Shown here in pieces: positions 28,799 to 44,239 of a stretch of DNA of 64,000 nt (its first letter is position 1; every line of letters starts with the position of its first letter). Source of the stretch: Eledone cirrhosa (lineage: Eukaryota). The notes below the pieces were generated by a model. That model did no database searches, was not told the origin of the DNA, and saw only the letters and a list, made by a program, of their open reading frames with translations. Where the stretch lies: positions 304,296,001 to 304,360,000 of the forward strand of contig OZ024742.1 of NCBI GenBank assembly GCA_964016885.1, in the 5' to 3' direction. The position numbers and the translations under genes are program-made.

Positions 28799-30135
28799 TT
28801 GGTTATATACAGTATATTAGTATATATTTGGGTGATGTGGGGCGGTGCAGAAGGTTGTAGATTGGTGTAGATGATGGTGTTTATCGACGGTCTGTATGTG
28901 CACTCTTTGGTCATATATATCATTGTAGAGTTTAGTTTTGTCCTGTGAGGTAGAATGGTGTCCTATGGTTTGATACTGTACAGTATATTGAACAGTGATG
29001 TTCGAATAAGCTTCCAGCCATAACAACATGTCTTTGTCTGAAACAATGCAACCTGATTAGCAAACATGCAACGTGCACTTTCTTCTTAATGCGTTAAGTT
29101 ATTTGATCAAGACGTTGGTATCATTAGCAAGCCTAATAACCACGTTGCGGCGCCTTTGGTAGTTAGCTCTTCCAGTTTTGATAAAATGTGTCAAAATTAA
29201 ACAACAAAAATCAAAACACATAGTAAATTAAATACACTGCTCTTCGAAAAACTGGGGGAATGAGAATATTACAAATTATTGTGGTTATTATTGATTCTGT
29301 GAAGGCTTTGCATTGAGAGAATTATTAGGGCGTCAGCCAATATCCTCTACGTTGAGACGAACACTGCTTTACTTCTTCCAAGGGCGATAAGTACCAAACC
29401 CTTATTGGGATCGATTTAACAGACATACCTTACCGCAATATTGCTAGTCTCGTGCCTATGTTAAAAACCATCATTATTCATAGGTGTTTATTATCTATTT
29501 AAGTTCTAATTTCAAATCCTATCAACATTAATTTCGTATTTATTTTGCTGAGCTTGAAAAAGAAAAACACATTAAAACTATTTCTACTTTCAATGGTATT
29601 TTTGTTGTTTTACTTTATTTACTATATAGCTGTCACTTTGCAGTGATTTCTAAGAAAATGTCACATGTTGGGCTTCATTGCTACAAACTATATTAACTCA
29701 TATGTTAGTCTCAACGCCTTCACTCCACCCACTTCTCTCCTCTCACATAAAATACTCTTCTTTAATAAAGCAAGTCTTAGAATTTAGAATCATAAGCTGG
29801 AAGAAATGTAACGTTAAGCTATTAGTATTTGGATACTATATAATTGAAAACTCTAAGCTAATTTGGAATAAAAAACAAACAGAAAGACAAGGTTGAAATA
29901 TCTAAATTAAGTATTTATAATCGGTTTATAGTAGAAGTACTTTTTATTTTATGTTTTACTTCTGCTTTGTTTCATTTGCGTAGGCGCTTCCAGCTAACAC
30001 TTTCCAAATTCTCACTCCCATGCCCACACTTCTTAAACTCTCTTAGCTTCTGTATTTTTCTTCTTTTCTCTGTTCCCCTCTCTCTTTCCGCGGTATCCTT
30101 CCCATAGCCCACTCTCTCCTTCTCACATATTTATG

Positions 30136-30212
<77 letters not shown>

Positions 30213-31406
30213 TCCCGTCCATCTTGTGTACTGCCACAGTTATCCTACACCTTTCACTATACACTTTTTCTAATTCCCCTCCTTTCTCTTTCTCAATGTC
30301 TCGATTTCACTCAGTGTCTCACATGTGATCCCTCACGATTTCTCCCAATCTCTTGTATGCTTAAACTTATACACTATTTCTACTCAATAACATATGCTTC
30401 TTCCTTTTCTCTCAATTATCTCCCTTTACATGCAATACAATCTCTCTTCCATTACTTCCTCGCCTTCTCTCTCCCTGATACCTCAGTAAGTATATATAAA
30501 TCTTTCTTTCTTTTTCTTTCTCACTAAGCTTGCCTCCCATTGAATATGCATTACGCTGTCCTTCTTTTTTGCCCTCCCACTTTCTCTTTCACTCTCCCCC
30601 TCTCTCTCTTTTCTCTTATCTGTCTCTTTTCTATAATTGAACTAGCTTTTACATTCGCTCTCAAGCTCACTCACACTTTCTCCCCCTCCTATATCTAGCG
30701 TTGCTAGTCTCTCTCACTCTGTTTCACTCTCATAGTTTCTCATTATCTATCTATTTAGTATACGAATTCTCTCACCTATCTATCTATCTATCATGCACAA
30801 ACCCACAAACACATAAACACGCAGACTCATACACGATACAAAATCACAAGAACACATACACACATACACGCACACACACACACACTCCCCCCCCCCCACA
30901 CTCTCTCTCTCTCTCCCTCTTTCTCACTTTGTCAGTTTCTTCCTCTCTCCACCTCTCACTTTCCTATTCATGTTGCTGTTTTATCAGTCCACCGCTGTGG
31001 AAGCATGAAAGCCTAAGATGGCAGAAATTGTTGGAGATATAGAAACAGAATCCATCTAAACGCAGGAAAGCTGTATGAATTCAGCTGATGATTATGAGAT
31101 AAAGCTTTAATAGAGTATCTCTCTAGATTAAAACAAACAAACAAAAAAAATAAAAATAACAAAAACAAAGAAAGCATGGAAGTGAAGACGAGATAGAAAG
31201 AAAGCAGAATAAATGTCATTATCTAATGTTCATAATGTCGACTAAAGTTTTCTACTTTAGCTGCCTTTATATTTATACGACGATGTATTGGCATAAGTGC
31301 GTGTGGGCTTGTCTTGTATATGTGTGCATGTTTGGCCCTCTATGTGCGTTTGTTTGTACATGTGTATGTATGATTGAATGTTATATAGGCATATATATAT
31401 ATATAA

Positions 31407-31508
<102 letters not shown>

Positions 31509-31555
31509 ATACATGAATGCCCATACATACATGCATATATATATTCATACATCCA

Positions 31556-31656
<101 letters not shown>

Positions 31657-32749
31657 ATGTGTGTGTGTGTATGTAAGTATGAATGTATGTGTATATGAAT
31701 GTATGTCAGAGTGTATAGGCGTATGTGTGGATTGTTTCTTTTTTAGTACAACTAGTGTTTTATTTGCAATAAAATTTACTGCGTCAACTGCTTATTTTCT
31801 ATATCCTGAATTGCATTTTATGCTTATTTCTATTACTTTATTTATATTTCCTCCCTCTTTCTCTCTCAGAAGCTCCAACATCTCCCTCTTGCTCTTTCTT
31901 ACAACTTATATCCCCTCACTTCTCTAACTCTTACTCGACGTTATTGAAACTTATTTCTAGTATAGGTATAAATTGAGAGATTTCCACGTATGAGTGAAAA
32001 GAATCGGTGATGTTACTACTGCTGCCACGTCGGTCTTTCAAATCCAAGCAGTTCCAAAACTCAAAATGCTTCTTAAAATATATTATATTACTCGATACAT
32101 ATATTGCGGGAAACGAATACAAACTATTCGCAACAGAGATATAACAATTCATGCATGTAAATAAAAATATTAGCACAATATCTAAATAATCACACACAAG
32201 CGGGAATTTAAATCTCTTGTTAAGTGCTGAACGGCTTGGAGGGGTTGAGAGGAAATTAACCTTGAACGGGAAACATAGAGCAAATACTTGCAACAAAATA
32301 GATTTCGCGAAAATATACCAAGTACCAGATGACGGTACTGAAACTGATGACAGCTTAATTCTACTAAAATAGTAGGACACAACGTGATTTGAACATAGAA
32401 AATAAATACACGGAATAAATACCGCAAGGCTTCCATTTCGATAGTCTAACAATCTGGCCAATCCACCATACTGAACGAGTTTTGTGATATCGATAGAGAA
32501 GATTGACCACGGTAGGATTTGAACTTAAACCGCAGTAAACCATACTAGATACTGTAGGGTATGCTGTCGTGCAGGCTAAATACAAACATACTACAAGTAA
32601 AATATTGATAATAAAAGAACGATATTACAAAATATATAGCAACTCATGGAACCGCAAATGTTGAATAAAACCAGAGACACGCAAAAAGTGCTGTTTGACA
32701 TACTGCCCGGGTTCACGCAATGGTGTTACTGTGAGTTTACTATAGCTAA

Positions 32750-33089
32750 TCTATATACTACTAAAACTCTGTGATTGCTTGCTTGCTTGCTTGCTTGCTT
32801 GTCTGTAATGTAATACAGCCAAAAGGGCGCATAATGGGAAAATACTTTGAAAGGAATTTGACCCTGAAATAGGAATACAAATGGAATAAAACAAGTTTAG
32901 CGTAGATCGACGCACAGGGTCCCGAGATATGGGGTTTTCTCTGCACCTTCATCAATAGCCAAAACCGTGCATAATGGGAAAATACTCCGAAAGTAACATA
33001 ACCCTGAAATGGGAATACAAACGGAATAAAACAAATGTTTCGGGTGCTTGAACTATTGGTGACCCAAAGGGTCACGGGTAGTTTAGTAG
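32750..33089 (+). mobile_element. Non-autonomous Helitron (~340 bp)
   Basis: A|TCTATATACTA 5' end, (GCTT)n near the 5' end, internal ~140-bp tandem duplication, 3' hairpin GTGACCC-aaa-GGGTCAC (33059-33075), then ...GTAG|T, a variant of CTAG. No TSD. Confidence 0.7.
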
Positions 33090-33151
33090 TCAATAAACAG
33101 TTATACTTTATAAAGAAAATTAAGAAATACCAAATATCTATAATAATAAAT

Positions 33152-33336
33152 AATTGTTTCTACTTTTGGCACAAGGCCAGCAATTACCCATTACATTACT
33201 GGTACTTTATTTTATCGACCCCGTAATGATGAAAGGCAGAGTTAATCACGGCGGGATTTGAACTCAGATCGTAAAGGGACGTAACTACGCTGGAAAGCAT
33301 GTCTGACCCTCTACCAATACTGCCAATTCACCGCCT
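33152..33336 (-). mobile_element. SINE, same family as 7577-7763
   Basis: Reverse complement of a full head (GGCGGTGAATTGGCAG), core and tail. Confidence 0.85.
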
Positions 33337-34519
33337 TATCTTATTTATTATCTATGATAATAAATAATGGATTCTGATTTGGAAACAAGGCCAAAAATGT
33401 TTGGGGCAGGGGAAAATTGATTAACTCGACCCAAGTGCGTTTGATATAAAAAGCTATTTGCTGTAAATATTTCTCTGCAAAAAAAATAAAATTAAAATAA
33501 TAATAATAATAATAATAATAATTTTCTTCATCTGAATATCATAGAAATTGTAAAACATCTAAAAATAACACCAATATTTTCCTCTATACTTAAATTGAAT
33601 TCCATTTTCATAACGAGTCTTATAATCTAAAATTTATTATAGTAATATTTATATAAATTTCATATGTGAAAATTAAATGTTCAATTTAAATATAAATTAT
33701 AAAAATTACACTTACTTGTGAAGAAGACACAAAGAAAGCATTCATATTCAACAATTTATTTCTAAATTAAAGGATGATGTTTGCCGAAGGAACATATGGA
33801 CGTTTGAACTGTTATCTATTGAGGAAAGGAACAACTGATTTATTGAACGGGTTTGTAGTAAAGAGAAGAGAAAACAATACCATCCTGTCATGGATTCATA
33901 ATCAGAAAGCTTTTCATAGCGTCATACACTAGTGGTTATTGGAATTATTGATCATAGATATTGTATCCACAATGTTAAAGAAATATATCAAACACGCACA
34001 GGAAAAAAATAATAATGTAACAACATTATTATTTCAAAAGAACAATAGTGACATTACTGAAAAAATCTGAATTGATATCAGACCCTATCACAATACTAAA
34101 AAAGTTTATTTGTGACATAGATTCTCGCCAAAATCTGTGTTTACTATGGTAAAATTCTTACAGCTTCAATATATTCAGTGAATCAAAACAGACACACATG
34201 CAATTGCTATGATCAAGAAATGAGAACAGTTTCTCCATCCTACAATACAAAGATATATTATGCTGTGGATATTAAATAGGTTCAATTCGATTAGATGTTC
34301 GTAGTATTACACCTTCATCGTAGATCAAGTCTTCCTCATTATGAAAATTAGACAGAGCTGCTTATTTATGTTCATGTTTGTATAAACTATATCTAACTAA
34401 TGAGTAGCATATATTATCTAGGTACAGAAGATGGATATTATTTCACTGAAGAAAGTCTAAGATTTAAAATCAGTCAAACTGATACAAATTTGTAGCCACA
34501 AAGAAAGACAAAATATTGT

Positions 34520-34960
34520 TTTCTATAAACTATGATCGGGATTAGGAGATCAGCAAAGTATTCTCTCCACCTCACGCAGACACCTCTCTGAAGAGAGGAG
34601 AACAACAGACGCGTTCTTGGTAGTAGTTGTGGAGGAGAACTACTTATTATGAAGTCCACGCGTGCTCTGCGAGAACACATTATTTTCTGATCTGAAGTCG
34701 GATTCCAGCTTAACACCAGAGTCCTCCCATGTCTTAACTTTAGACGCATTTACTCTCTGCTCCTATTCCTCGTGCCTGCTTGTACTGCAAGTGCAAGAAG
34801 GTGGATATATTTTCAAGCCAAGATTTGTAGGCCTTATTCATTGCTCGGATGGCATATTTGACCTCTTGGTTGAAACAAGGGGCCCTCCAGCCATCAGGTG
34901 CCACATCGATCCTCTTTCTCCCGCAGCTATTAACAGCTGAAGAATAAACTGCTACATATA
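34520..34960 (-). pseudogene. RTE-clade LINE fragment (EN-RT linker region)
   Basis: Minus-strand APCFNQEVKYAIRAMNKAYKSWL...YKQAR and RWREYFADLL resemble the 'WWN.EVK.AI' and 'RWREYF.DLL' motifs of RTE-type ORF2. Confidence 0.65.
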
Positions 34961-37900
34961 ACCGAAGTATAAATGCAACAGAATATATAGTGTTCCCAAC
35001 CATCTGAGCCTTTTCAACAGTCGTTTGGGCTGTTCGATATAATAATCTAATACACCTTAAAGCAGAATCCAACTGTATGAAAATTAAACAGGTAACTGGA
35101 TAATATACACCTAAACATGCAATGCCAAAGAGAAACATTGGCTGGACATGTTGGGAAAGTCTTGCCTTACATCATTAATCTAAACTGGAGCTGACGAACA
35201 ACAATAACAACACATACAACCTCTCTGTAAATGGGAAGTCGAATGATAAAGTCTTCATAGATAGAATTTCAGGATGATGTCGAGAAAGAACAGGTCAGTC
35301 ATATTTTAAACAGATCTACAACTGTATTTTTCACGCATATTTTTTTCTTGTTGGGTGTGTACATATATGTTTGACTATTTATCTCAGTTTTGAATCTTGA
35401 TTGGTGAACATTCTGGTGGCATGTTCTTAAAGAAAAGCAACTTCCATCATCAGTTTGGAAATCGTTCATCCTATGTACTTTAAGCAAGTTTAATAGACTT
35501 TTTCGTTCCAGATATCGTGCTTACAACGTAAGGAACTGTTTCCTATTTTTAAGATTAAAGAATCAAAAATGCTTTGGTCCAGGTGGGTCGGTATACACCC
35601 TCTAGCTCTGACATGAATAGATATGAATCCATGCATATATATATATCTATATATATATATATATCTATATATATATATATATATATATATGCATGGATGC
35701 ATATATATGTGCATTATGTGAGTATTCATGAACGCATGCGCGTACGGAAGTATTTATGTATACAAATGTGTGTGAATACATGTATATGCCCCATAACAAT
35801 CCAACCTAAAAAATGTCATTCATCAATTATTCTGTGATTTGCTGAGAGGAACGATAAATTGTTCATCCACATGAGGCCTACTTACATGTTCGTTGACTGA
35901 TTTATTTGAGAGTTAATTCCCTTAGCCTGCAGCTATGTTGACAATCACATTATAAGTCTTGAACATTTTACATTAGTGTTGTAACTCAAATGAAATAATT
36001 TGACTATCAAACAGCAATAGATTATCTGTAAATCTCTTGAGTTTTAACGTTCACCGAATTAAACACATGAATAACTAATTCTTTGTTACTCAAAAGGTTT
36101 ATATTTTCTTATAAAGACAGCGATTTAATGGATTCGATATAAAATTTATGTTATATATGGGGGATAATTATTGCGCCCTTAACCTGCTACGTATAGCAAT
36201 ATCACCCTCATCATATATTGCTTTAGATATAAAACAGATTGAACATTATACAAATTCACATTCAAAGAACTCGTATGTCGATGGACTGAATTGCTTTCAT
36301 CCTGAGTGCTCGAATAAGGCTGTTTGTAACAAATATATATTTATGCATAGATATCGATAGAACCGTATACATGCATACGTCTCGATACTATACATACCTT
36401 CACCACAGTTGGAGAAGTATTCAATTTTTTAAACAATCACAAAATGAGAGATCAGAAACCCATTGTGTGTGTTTGCCTGTTTGTTAACGATAATAGTTTT
36501 GCGGGTGTAAAAATGAGTAACTATTCCATTCAACAACTAACCAGGAGAATGTTTCTCAGTTCAAATCTACAAGGATAAATTTGAATTATTTAATTTAAAA
36601 TAGAAATCCACAACGATAGTATGCATTTTGTCTAGCTCCAGATTAGATTTGACCGTACAGACTTATAAACAAGGGTATTCCAGCTTTAACTCTCTCATCA
36701 TGTTGTCATGTTTTCCAGATACACTCTGTTTAGGCCACCATAATTCAATATTTACTTCTATTCTGAAAAGGGTATGGATTGATTGGAAGATTTGGCTATT
36801 ATTTCTTGCATATCTAGAGACGACATAGGGGCGGAGGTGCACCTTTACCTACTAACAATAATTTTTTTTGTGTTAGTTGCTCAATACTTACTATATAATA
36901 TTCAGCTGAAATAACAGAATTTAAGATATCAGTTTGTATACTGTATTTTTTTCAAGAGTAATTGGACATTCCATATTTCTTAACAAATCATATGTATAAT
37001 TTAAGGAATAACTTACATTCAGTGTTACGGAAACATTTCTATGGCGTAGACTACAGTCAACCCGGCTCAAGTATTTTAAAACGGCCAAAGTAGAACTACA
37101 GTATCATATTTTTTAGAATTTTTATTTTATTGCTTAGCCCAGAGAAAATCACAAATATCACAACCTTTATTGAGACTTCACAGCCTGGTGGAAAGGTGGA
37201 AGATATAAAGATATCGTTATGCCAAGATCTAGTCCGAATATTTGCTAGAGAGTGGATATGTTAAGTTCAACCATTGTGAAAATAGTGGTCTTAAACAGGA
37301 CAACGGATTGAGTCTACCATCCAAATATATCATATCGGCATTTTAAACTCAGAACACAAAGAGCAACAACAACTACCGCATGAGGAATATTGTCTGATAC
37401 TCAAGCGATTCGACCAGCATAGCGACCTAGTCTTAAGAAATCACTGATGGACTCGGTAAAGATTGATCCACGAACGCAATAAACCGGAATAAATAACACA
37501 GAGTATTCCAGCCAAATGCCCTAACATTTGTGCCAATTTACCTACTAAGAGAAGAAATAGAGACAACTATGGCTGCTATGAGTCCACATATATTTCATGG
37601 GTGGGAAATATATAGATAACGATGAGAATAGTCAATCATGATGAGAAGATTACCTTCATATCATCGATAATCTTTATGTGTAAGGAAGTTTCTTAAATTG
37701 TAAATTTAATATCTTCTAGATACGTTTAACCACGAATATTTCCCTTTTGTATTCTAATGTTGTCAGTTTTAAGGCATTAAGAAAGAAGGAAGCTATATGG
37801 TGTTGATGTTCATTACATGTTCTCGGATATACATTTATTATATATATGTGTGTGTGTGAGTGTGTGTATGATTATACATAATATATATATATATATCGCT

Positions 37901-38080
37901 GAAACTATGTACCAGTATGTGTTACATAGTGCCAAATCTAGTAGATAAATATATGCTTATCGTATTTATTATAGTTCACATTAATTATTGTAGATATGTA
38001 AATGAAATATTTTTTACCGTGTCATTCAGCAAAAGTTCTATTGTGTGGCATCTTATATACATATATATATATATATAATG

Positions 38081-38128
<48 letters not shown>

Positions 38129-38290
38129 GAAAAGGCATGTAAAATGCAGCTGGAGTCTTTTTAAGAATATTTACTCAGTTCCTTTACTGGTTTCACAATT
38201 CTTGTGCTTTTCAAAAGTAAAATTGAGATGGAGGGCTTGTGAAATGTCTCGCATCTGGTTTGTGTTCGAATGTGATGCGAGACAAATCTA

Positions 38291-38390
<100 letters not shown>

Positions 38391-38399
38391 AGAAAACGA

Positions 38400-38730
38400 G
38401 AAATCAGTGATGCATCTGGACTTAGTTTATTTCGTGTTACAAATGTTTCGCCAGCATGTAGCTCGAGGCATGGTCCTTGTATGGATCTGGCTGATTCTAC
38501 TTTTGCGGGATCTTTCAGTGTTACGTCTGGAGCAAATTTTATCACTGGGATGTTATTATCAAAAAACACCGTCAAAAAACCCTATTTCCACTCTTGACAT
38601 GCCATTGGCTGTTTTTACTCCACGTCATCACAAGTTCTGGTCAGTATCTGCTGCCACACGGTTCATCAACCATTTCCCATTTCAATGGAGTCATGCTGGG
38701 TTCAGTACTTCACACGTCTGCTCGCACTTC
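38400..38730 (-). mobile_element. Possible degenerate PLE 3' end (Poseidon-like EN tail plus broken hammerhead)
   Basis: Minus strand has H.SIEWE-like remnants and CTGAAAGA...CGAAACA. Heavily degenerate. Confidence 0.3.
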
Positions 38731-40015
38731 ATAGTAAGCACCCACACATACTAAAATACACACATAACAACATACACACATGCAGACACATACCCATCTA
38801 TGCATACACACATGTACGCCTACATGCGCAGACACACACACCCCCACAAACATACATCGAAGTATATATACTCACACACCATCTTTCCCTCACTTACACG
38901 GACCCATTCACACCCACTTGTTGATACATACCGCCACGAGCCTTCTGATGGCTGTTTACTTCAGACTCTGTATCAATTGGGATAAGCATATCCTACTCAA
39001 ATATACACATATATAAATACATACGCGCGCACATATACATACACCCAACCTTCTATACATTTAAATATATATCTATATATATAATCTATATATATACACA
39101 CTCATGCACACACATATATACATACATACATACATACATACATACATACATACATACATACATACATACATACACATACATGCATATATATACACACATG
39201 TGTATACACACATATATATATATACACACATATACATACATACACGCACATACATATATAAATGTATACTCACACATATCCACACATACATACGAATACA
39301 CATACGTACATAAACATTACCTACACACGTACATACACACACACATATATATACATATATATTTATATACATATATATACATATATACCCACAAAAGAAA
39401 AGAGATAACTTAACATGCGTACGCACATCCATACATATACATACAAATACCCACACATATGCGATATACATACATTTACACATGCATACGCATACGTGTT
39501 GCCACATGCATACACCTGCACGCATGCATATCTGCCTACACACACATGTGCTACCACATATACATATATAAACACACCTGTGAGTGAACAGTTAAAAATA
39601 CATTAATCAATAAACAATATACCACAAAATGACGGTAAACTACGGTAACCTAAAAAAATATGCAATGTAATATAATATGCAATATGATATATTTATATAT
39701 ATATATATATATCCCTATTATACACATATACATACACATACATATATGTACACACACACATACACACACGTACACAAACTCATACATATACGGATATATA
39801 CGGATACCTATAGAGGATATGTGATAAAATAATACAAGTTCTATACGTTTATTGCACAGGACCCGGTGGAAGTAGGCCACGTGTCAGCCGGTCCCTGCCC
39901 ACGCAGTGTATCTTCCAATGTTGTATGCCCGATCACGTGTGCACCCGGTTTACATATGATTGCCCCACGGGTCGGACACCGTCATCATGGCATGGCGTCA
40001 TGTCCCCTAATCCCG

Positions 40016-42755
40016 CTAGGCCAATCGGGACTTTGCGCACTCATTCCCATGCCCCCTGCCTGCGTCAGCCGGCGGGTTCCATGCTGCAAATGTGCATCTT
40101 CTCTGGTGTCTGCATGTCATGATAATTTCAGACTTCAAGTTGACGGCGTCATCCTTCAGTCTGACTATCTCATTGATCTCGTGTAGGCACAATCGGCACT
40201 TTCTACTTCCGGCCGAATATGCCCTCGCGTGGCGAACGATACTCCATTCCAGGGCGTATGGAGTGCCGCGGTCTTTCATGTTCGACACGAGGTCCGCTAA
40301 CTTAGTGGAGTGCCTTTTGCTACAGTCCCTGAAGGAATTCGTGTGATTATACATCCGCGATTTAAAGGTCGTGTATTTTGCGCCGATGTAAGTTCGATGC
40401 GCATTTGGGGTTGTAACAACACACTTGTATATTAAGTCTTTCATTAAGCATTTTCCCTGTAGGGGGCACTGGGTGCCCGCTCTAGAGTTGCATGTTCTGC
40501 TGTCATTTCTCGTGCGTCCGATGTCTGGGCCCCGATCTGTTATGGACCTCTCAAGGTTCTCTGGGTGTTCCACCGCCGACACATTTGTCCCCCCCCCATG
40601 CCACTATTTGCCTCTCGGTGTTGGACCATATCGCCCTCGGCGGGCGCTCTGGTCGCCTCGGAGGCCGGGTTGTCATTTGAAGGCAGGTCCCTTGGTGGTT
40701 CTCCGCGCTCCGAAACATGGTCACTCTGTCGCCGCGGTTGACGGCCAGTGTGCGCCATCTTCACCGCGTTAGTTCTAGCCATGTAGTCGGCCATATTCGG
40801 CGCCGTGGAGAAGGAAAATTTCATCGTGTGGCGGTTGAAGATTTTGTGGTACTTATTCGTCGTCGGAACGCACTCATCCAGCGCTCGGAAGAAAAGTCCT
40901 GTCACGTTGGTGCGTACATGTTTAGAGTAAGGCGCATTGAACCATGTAACGGCCTTAGATCTGTTCCTTCGTGTGCGTGGATTCTTGTTGGTGTGTCCAG
41001 GGCTTAGTGTCTGTCCAGTGCTCTGCCCAACCACAATATCGTCTCGTATGTTGTCCCTATCTATTTGCCCGCTACGTTCGTTGTGGTTATGTTCTACAGT
41101 TATAGATTTACGTTGTTCTATGTGGTCATCTATACTTCTATTCGCCTTAGGTCTATGTGATGCTATTGTCGGTGCTGTAGCACTAGAACTAGACTGGTCG
41201 TGCTCCGTGGCGTGTGCCCCGTTCATATTTGTCAAACTCCTGTCCAAGGTCCCAGTTGCCACGGAGTATGCAGTGTGCGTGCCAGGCCCATGCCTCCGCA
41301 CACTGGGTGGTCTGGCTCCTATGGGTGCCTTAGTCCTATCTCGGGTCGGTCCTGTGTCATTAATGTTAGTAGTGTTGCTATTTGCATGCCTGGCTACTGC
41401 TACCAAGTCAGTTCTTCTACCTAAGGAGGAGCCATCACTATTGATATTTCTGCACGCCGTATCATTAGGCTCTACTCTATCCGGGGTATATATTATGGTG
41501 TCTTTGTAACCGGCCCTGTGCAGTACCTCATTATAGTATTCGGCGTGTTGTTTAAACACTTCTGCGTTCGACGACAGGGTGGATACGCGTTTAGACACCC
41601 CTTTGACTATGGCTTCTATGACTGACTTAGGGTGATTCGATTGCCTGTTCACATATTGCATGTTTTCGTTGGGCTTATGGTACGGTCTGTGGATGCCCGT
41701 ATTCATTTCCAAGGTAACGTGCAGGAAATTGACCGTCTTAGTGCTAGTGTCGATTGTCACGGATAAGCCGTGTTGTTTAAAAAAATGCGATATGCGCTTC
41801 CTCATGCGCTCTATCTGACTGGGGTTAAGGGAACGGAAGGGGATAAGTGCGTCGTCTCTGTATATTCCACCTCCGATTCCCGGGATCTCCTCCGTCAGCC
41901 TATGGATGAGATATATCCCCATCAGGTCCGTCACCTGCGCCGAGTCACTTGACCCCATGGTGATATCGAAACTGTCGGGTCTGTCCCTCATCTCCCCTAA
42001 CTTGTCTTCGAAACTAATCAGCGTCTTTCTGGCTGCTACTATGAGGTTGGTCTCGTCCCTGGTGAGGCTAGATTTGGCCATGGCGCTTATTAGGGCCTTA
42101 TTGACTAATATCGGAGATACCGACGCGTAATAGCTATCTATGTCTAACGGAATAAAATTTACTTGGTATTTATCATCTATTGCTGAGAACCAGTCAATTA
42201 CCTCCTTAGTGGAGGTCCATAGGCTAAGCTTAGTTTTGTTTCTAAGTACCGGTATTATCCTATCTATAATATTCTTACTGGTCCTTCCTATGTCGGATTT
42301 GGAGGGTGCTATTAAACTAACTGGTAGTTTAGTTTAAAAGTCTAATTTGTGGTCCTTAATAGATATCCGTGGTTTTCTAGGTACATATACCTCGGTCCTA
42401 TCATCTAGTCCTAGCTCCGTCAGTATACTTTTGCCGTGGCGTTAATACTATCTAAATTTGTCTGGCCAGTGGTCCTATAGTTTTTCCTAATCTCCTTCCC
42501 GAGGCAGTCATTATATGTAAAAGGGTCAAGCATGTATACGTTACCAGTCTTGTCCGAGGGCAAGAGTAAAACCTGTCATTTTTCCATGCTTTTGATAGTG
42601 GCTCCGAGACTTTTGAGATATTTTGTCCGCCGTGCATTATTCCTATGGAACTTGATGTTACGAACTATGTTGACAATACGGTTTTCAAATTCCTCCAGTT
42701 GTGCATTGTGTGGTGAGTGTCTTCTTGATCTAAATATCCGCTCTAGGCGGTCCTG
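40016..42755 (-). mobile_element. Penelope-like element: RT plus Cys-rich C-terminal GIY-YIG, 5'-truncated and disrupted
   Basis: RT motifs FDITMGSSDSAQVTDLMG, GGIYRDDAL, YHKPNE..YVNRQSNHP and WFNAPYS. EN motifs CPLQGKCLMKDLIYKC..YIGA..FKSRMYNH..CRLCLHE..LKSEI..CRH. Confidence 0.93.
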
Positions 42756-42793
42756 AGGGGTGACTGGCGCTTGTTGTTGTGTCCGCCTGTCGT

Positions 42794-43090
<297 letters not shown>

Positions 43091-43660
43091 ATATATATAT
43101 ATATGTGTGTATGTATATATATGTGTGTGTGTGTATGTGTGCATACTTACATTTATGTATCAGCTGTGCTCATGCGATAAATTAAATTCTAATTTTATTT
43201 ATTAATATATATATTTATCTGTGTATGTGTGAGAAAGTTTATTGGTTAATCTTGTAGTATTGTACTCTAGTTGTATACTCAAGCACGCACACACAGGCAC
43301 AGTTGTACAGGGTGATTTAAAAACATTGATATCATGGCCTGTTCCCAAGGTTGCCATATTAAAATATATATCGTGAGTTGGTGTTATAATGTTGACAAAT
43401 TTTGAGGAATAACTTGTTCAACATTAAGCCTGTCTCGTCTTATTGTCCTAGGTTTTGAAGTTTCGGGATGTTTACATCTCAAATGATATCAATTTATAAA
43501 CTAATATATTTATTCTACATATAGTGCCGTTTGTTTTATTATTTTTGTTATTTCTGTTTACCTTTAAACCTACATACATATATACATATATATAAATATA
43601 AATATATATATATAGAGAGAGAGAGGTAGAACACTGGGAGGTGACGAGTTAGGTAGCAGG

Positions 43661-43808
43661 GGTGACACAGCAGTTAGTTCACCATACCGAGAACAATTGT
43701 TACACCTCAGCGGTTCCACACCTCCTAATGGTTATGGCCATTACGAGCTGAGGATCTGCTAAAGTGAAACAATTGTTCTCAGTATGGTGAACTAACTGTT
43801 GTGTTACC
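43661..43808. repeat. Fold-back cassette containing a hammerhead 3' half
   Basis: ~50-bp inverted arms. The right arm has GAAA-CAATTG-TT-CTCAG with a palindromic stem III. Confidence 0.7.
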
Positions 43809-44061
43809 ACTTATATATATATATTGAGTATATATTGGTTGTTTACCGATACCTCAGTATGCAGATTGGTGCACTCGACGAAGTACGCAGGTTGGTTTGT
43901 TTACTCCGGAGTAATGTAAAATTTGGCTTCGTTTATTATAAATTATATTTCCAGTTCCTCAGAGGAATAATAACACAACCAGGAGCTGGACATATCGATG
44001 TATTGACGGAGTAAAACACTCTTCAACAACATGTGTACCTGTCTTTTCCACACCAATTCGG

Positions 44062-44116
44062 ACTGCCTGAAGAGGTCACAGCCAATGATGGTTGTCACCG
44101 AAATATATATAGCAGT
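44062..44116 (+). ncRNA. Canonical type I hammerhead ribozyme (PLE-type short stem III)
   Basis: ACTGC-CTGAAGA-[GGTcACAGCCA atga TGGTTGTcACC]-GAAA-T atat A-TA-GCAGT. Perfect 5-bp stem I, 10-bp stem II, AUA triplet, predicted cleavage after 44111. Confidence 0.85.
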
Positions 44117-44172
44117 ATATTTATAATTTATAATAAACGAAGACAAATTTTACATATTTGACTTAATTATTT

Positions 44173-44239
<67 letters not shown>

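Noticed and set aside
33710-33990. Minus-strand ATG...CAA|GTAAGT as a first coding exon (MNAFFVSSSQ)
   Set aside because: A single donor-like site with a 10-codon frame and no supported partner exon is expected by chance.
31930-37560. Several very old SINE-like remnants (about 32190-32560 and 37330-37550)
   Set aside because: Too diverged to assign boundaries by eye.
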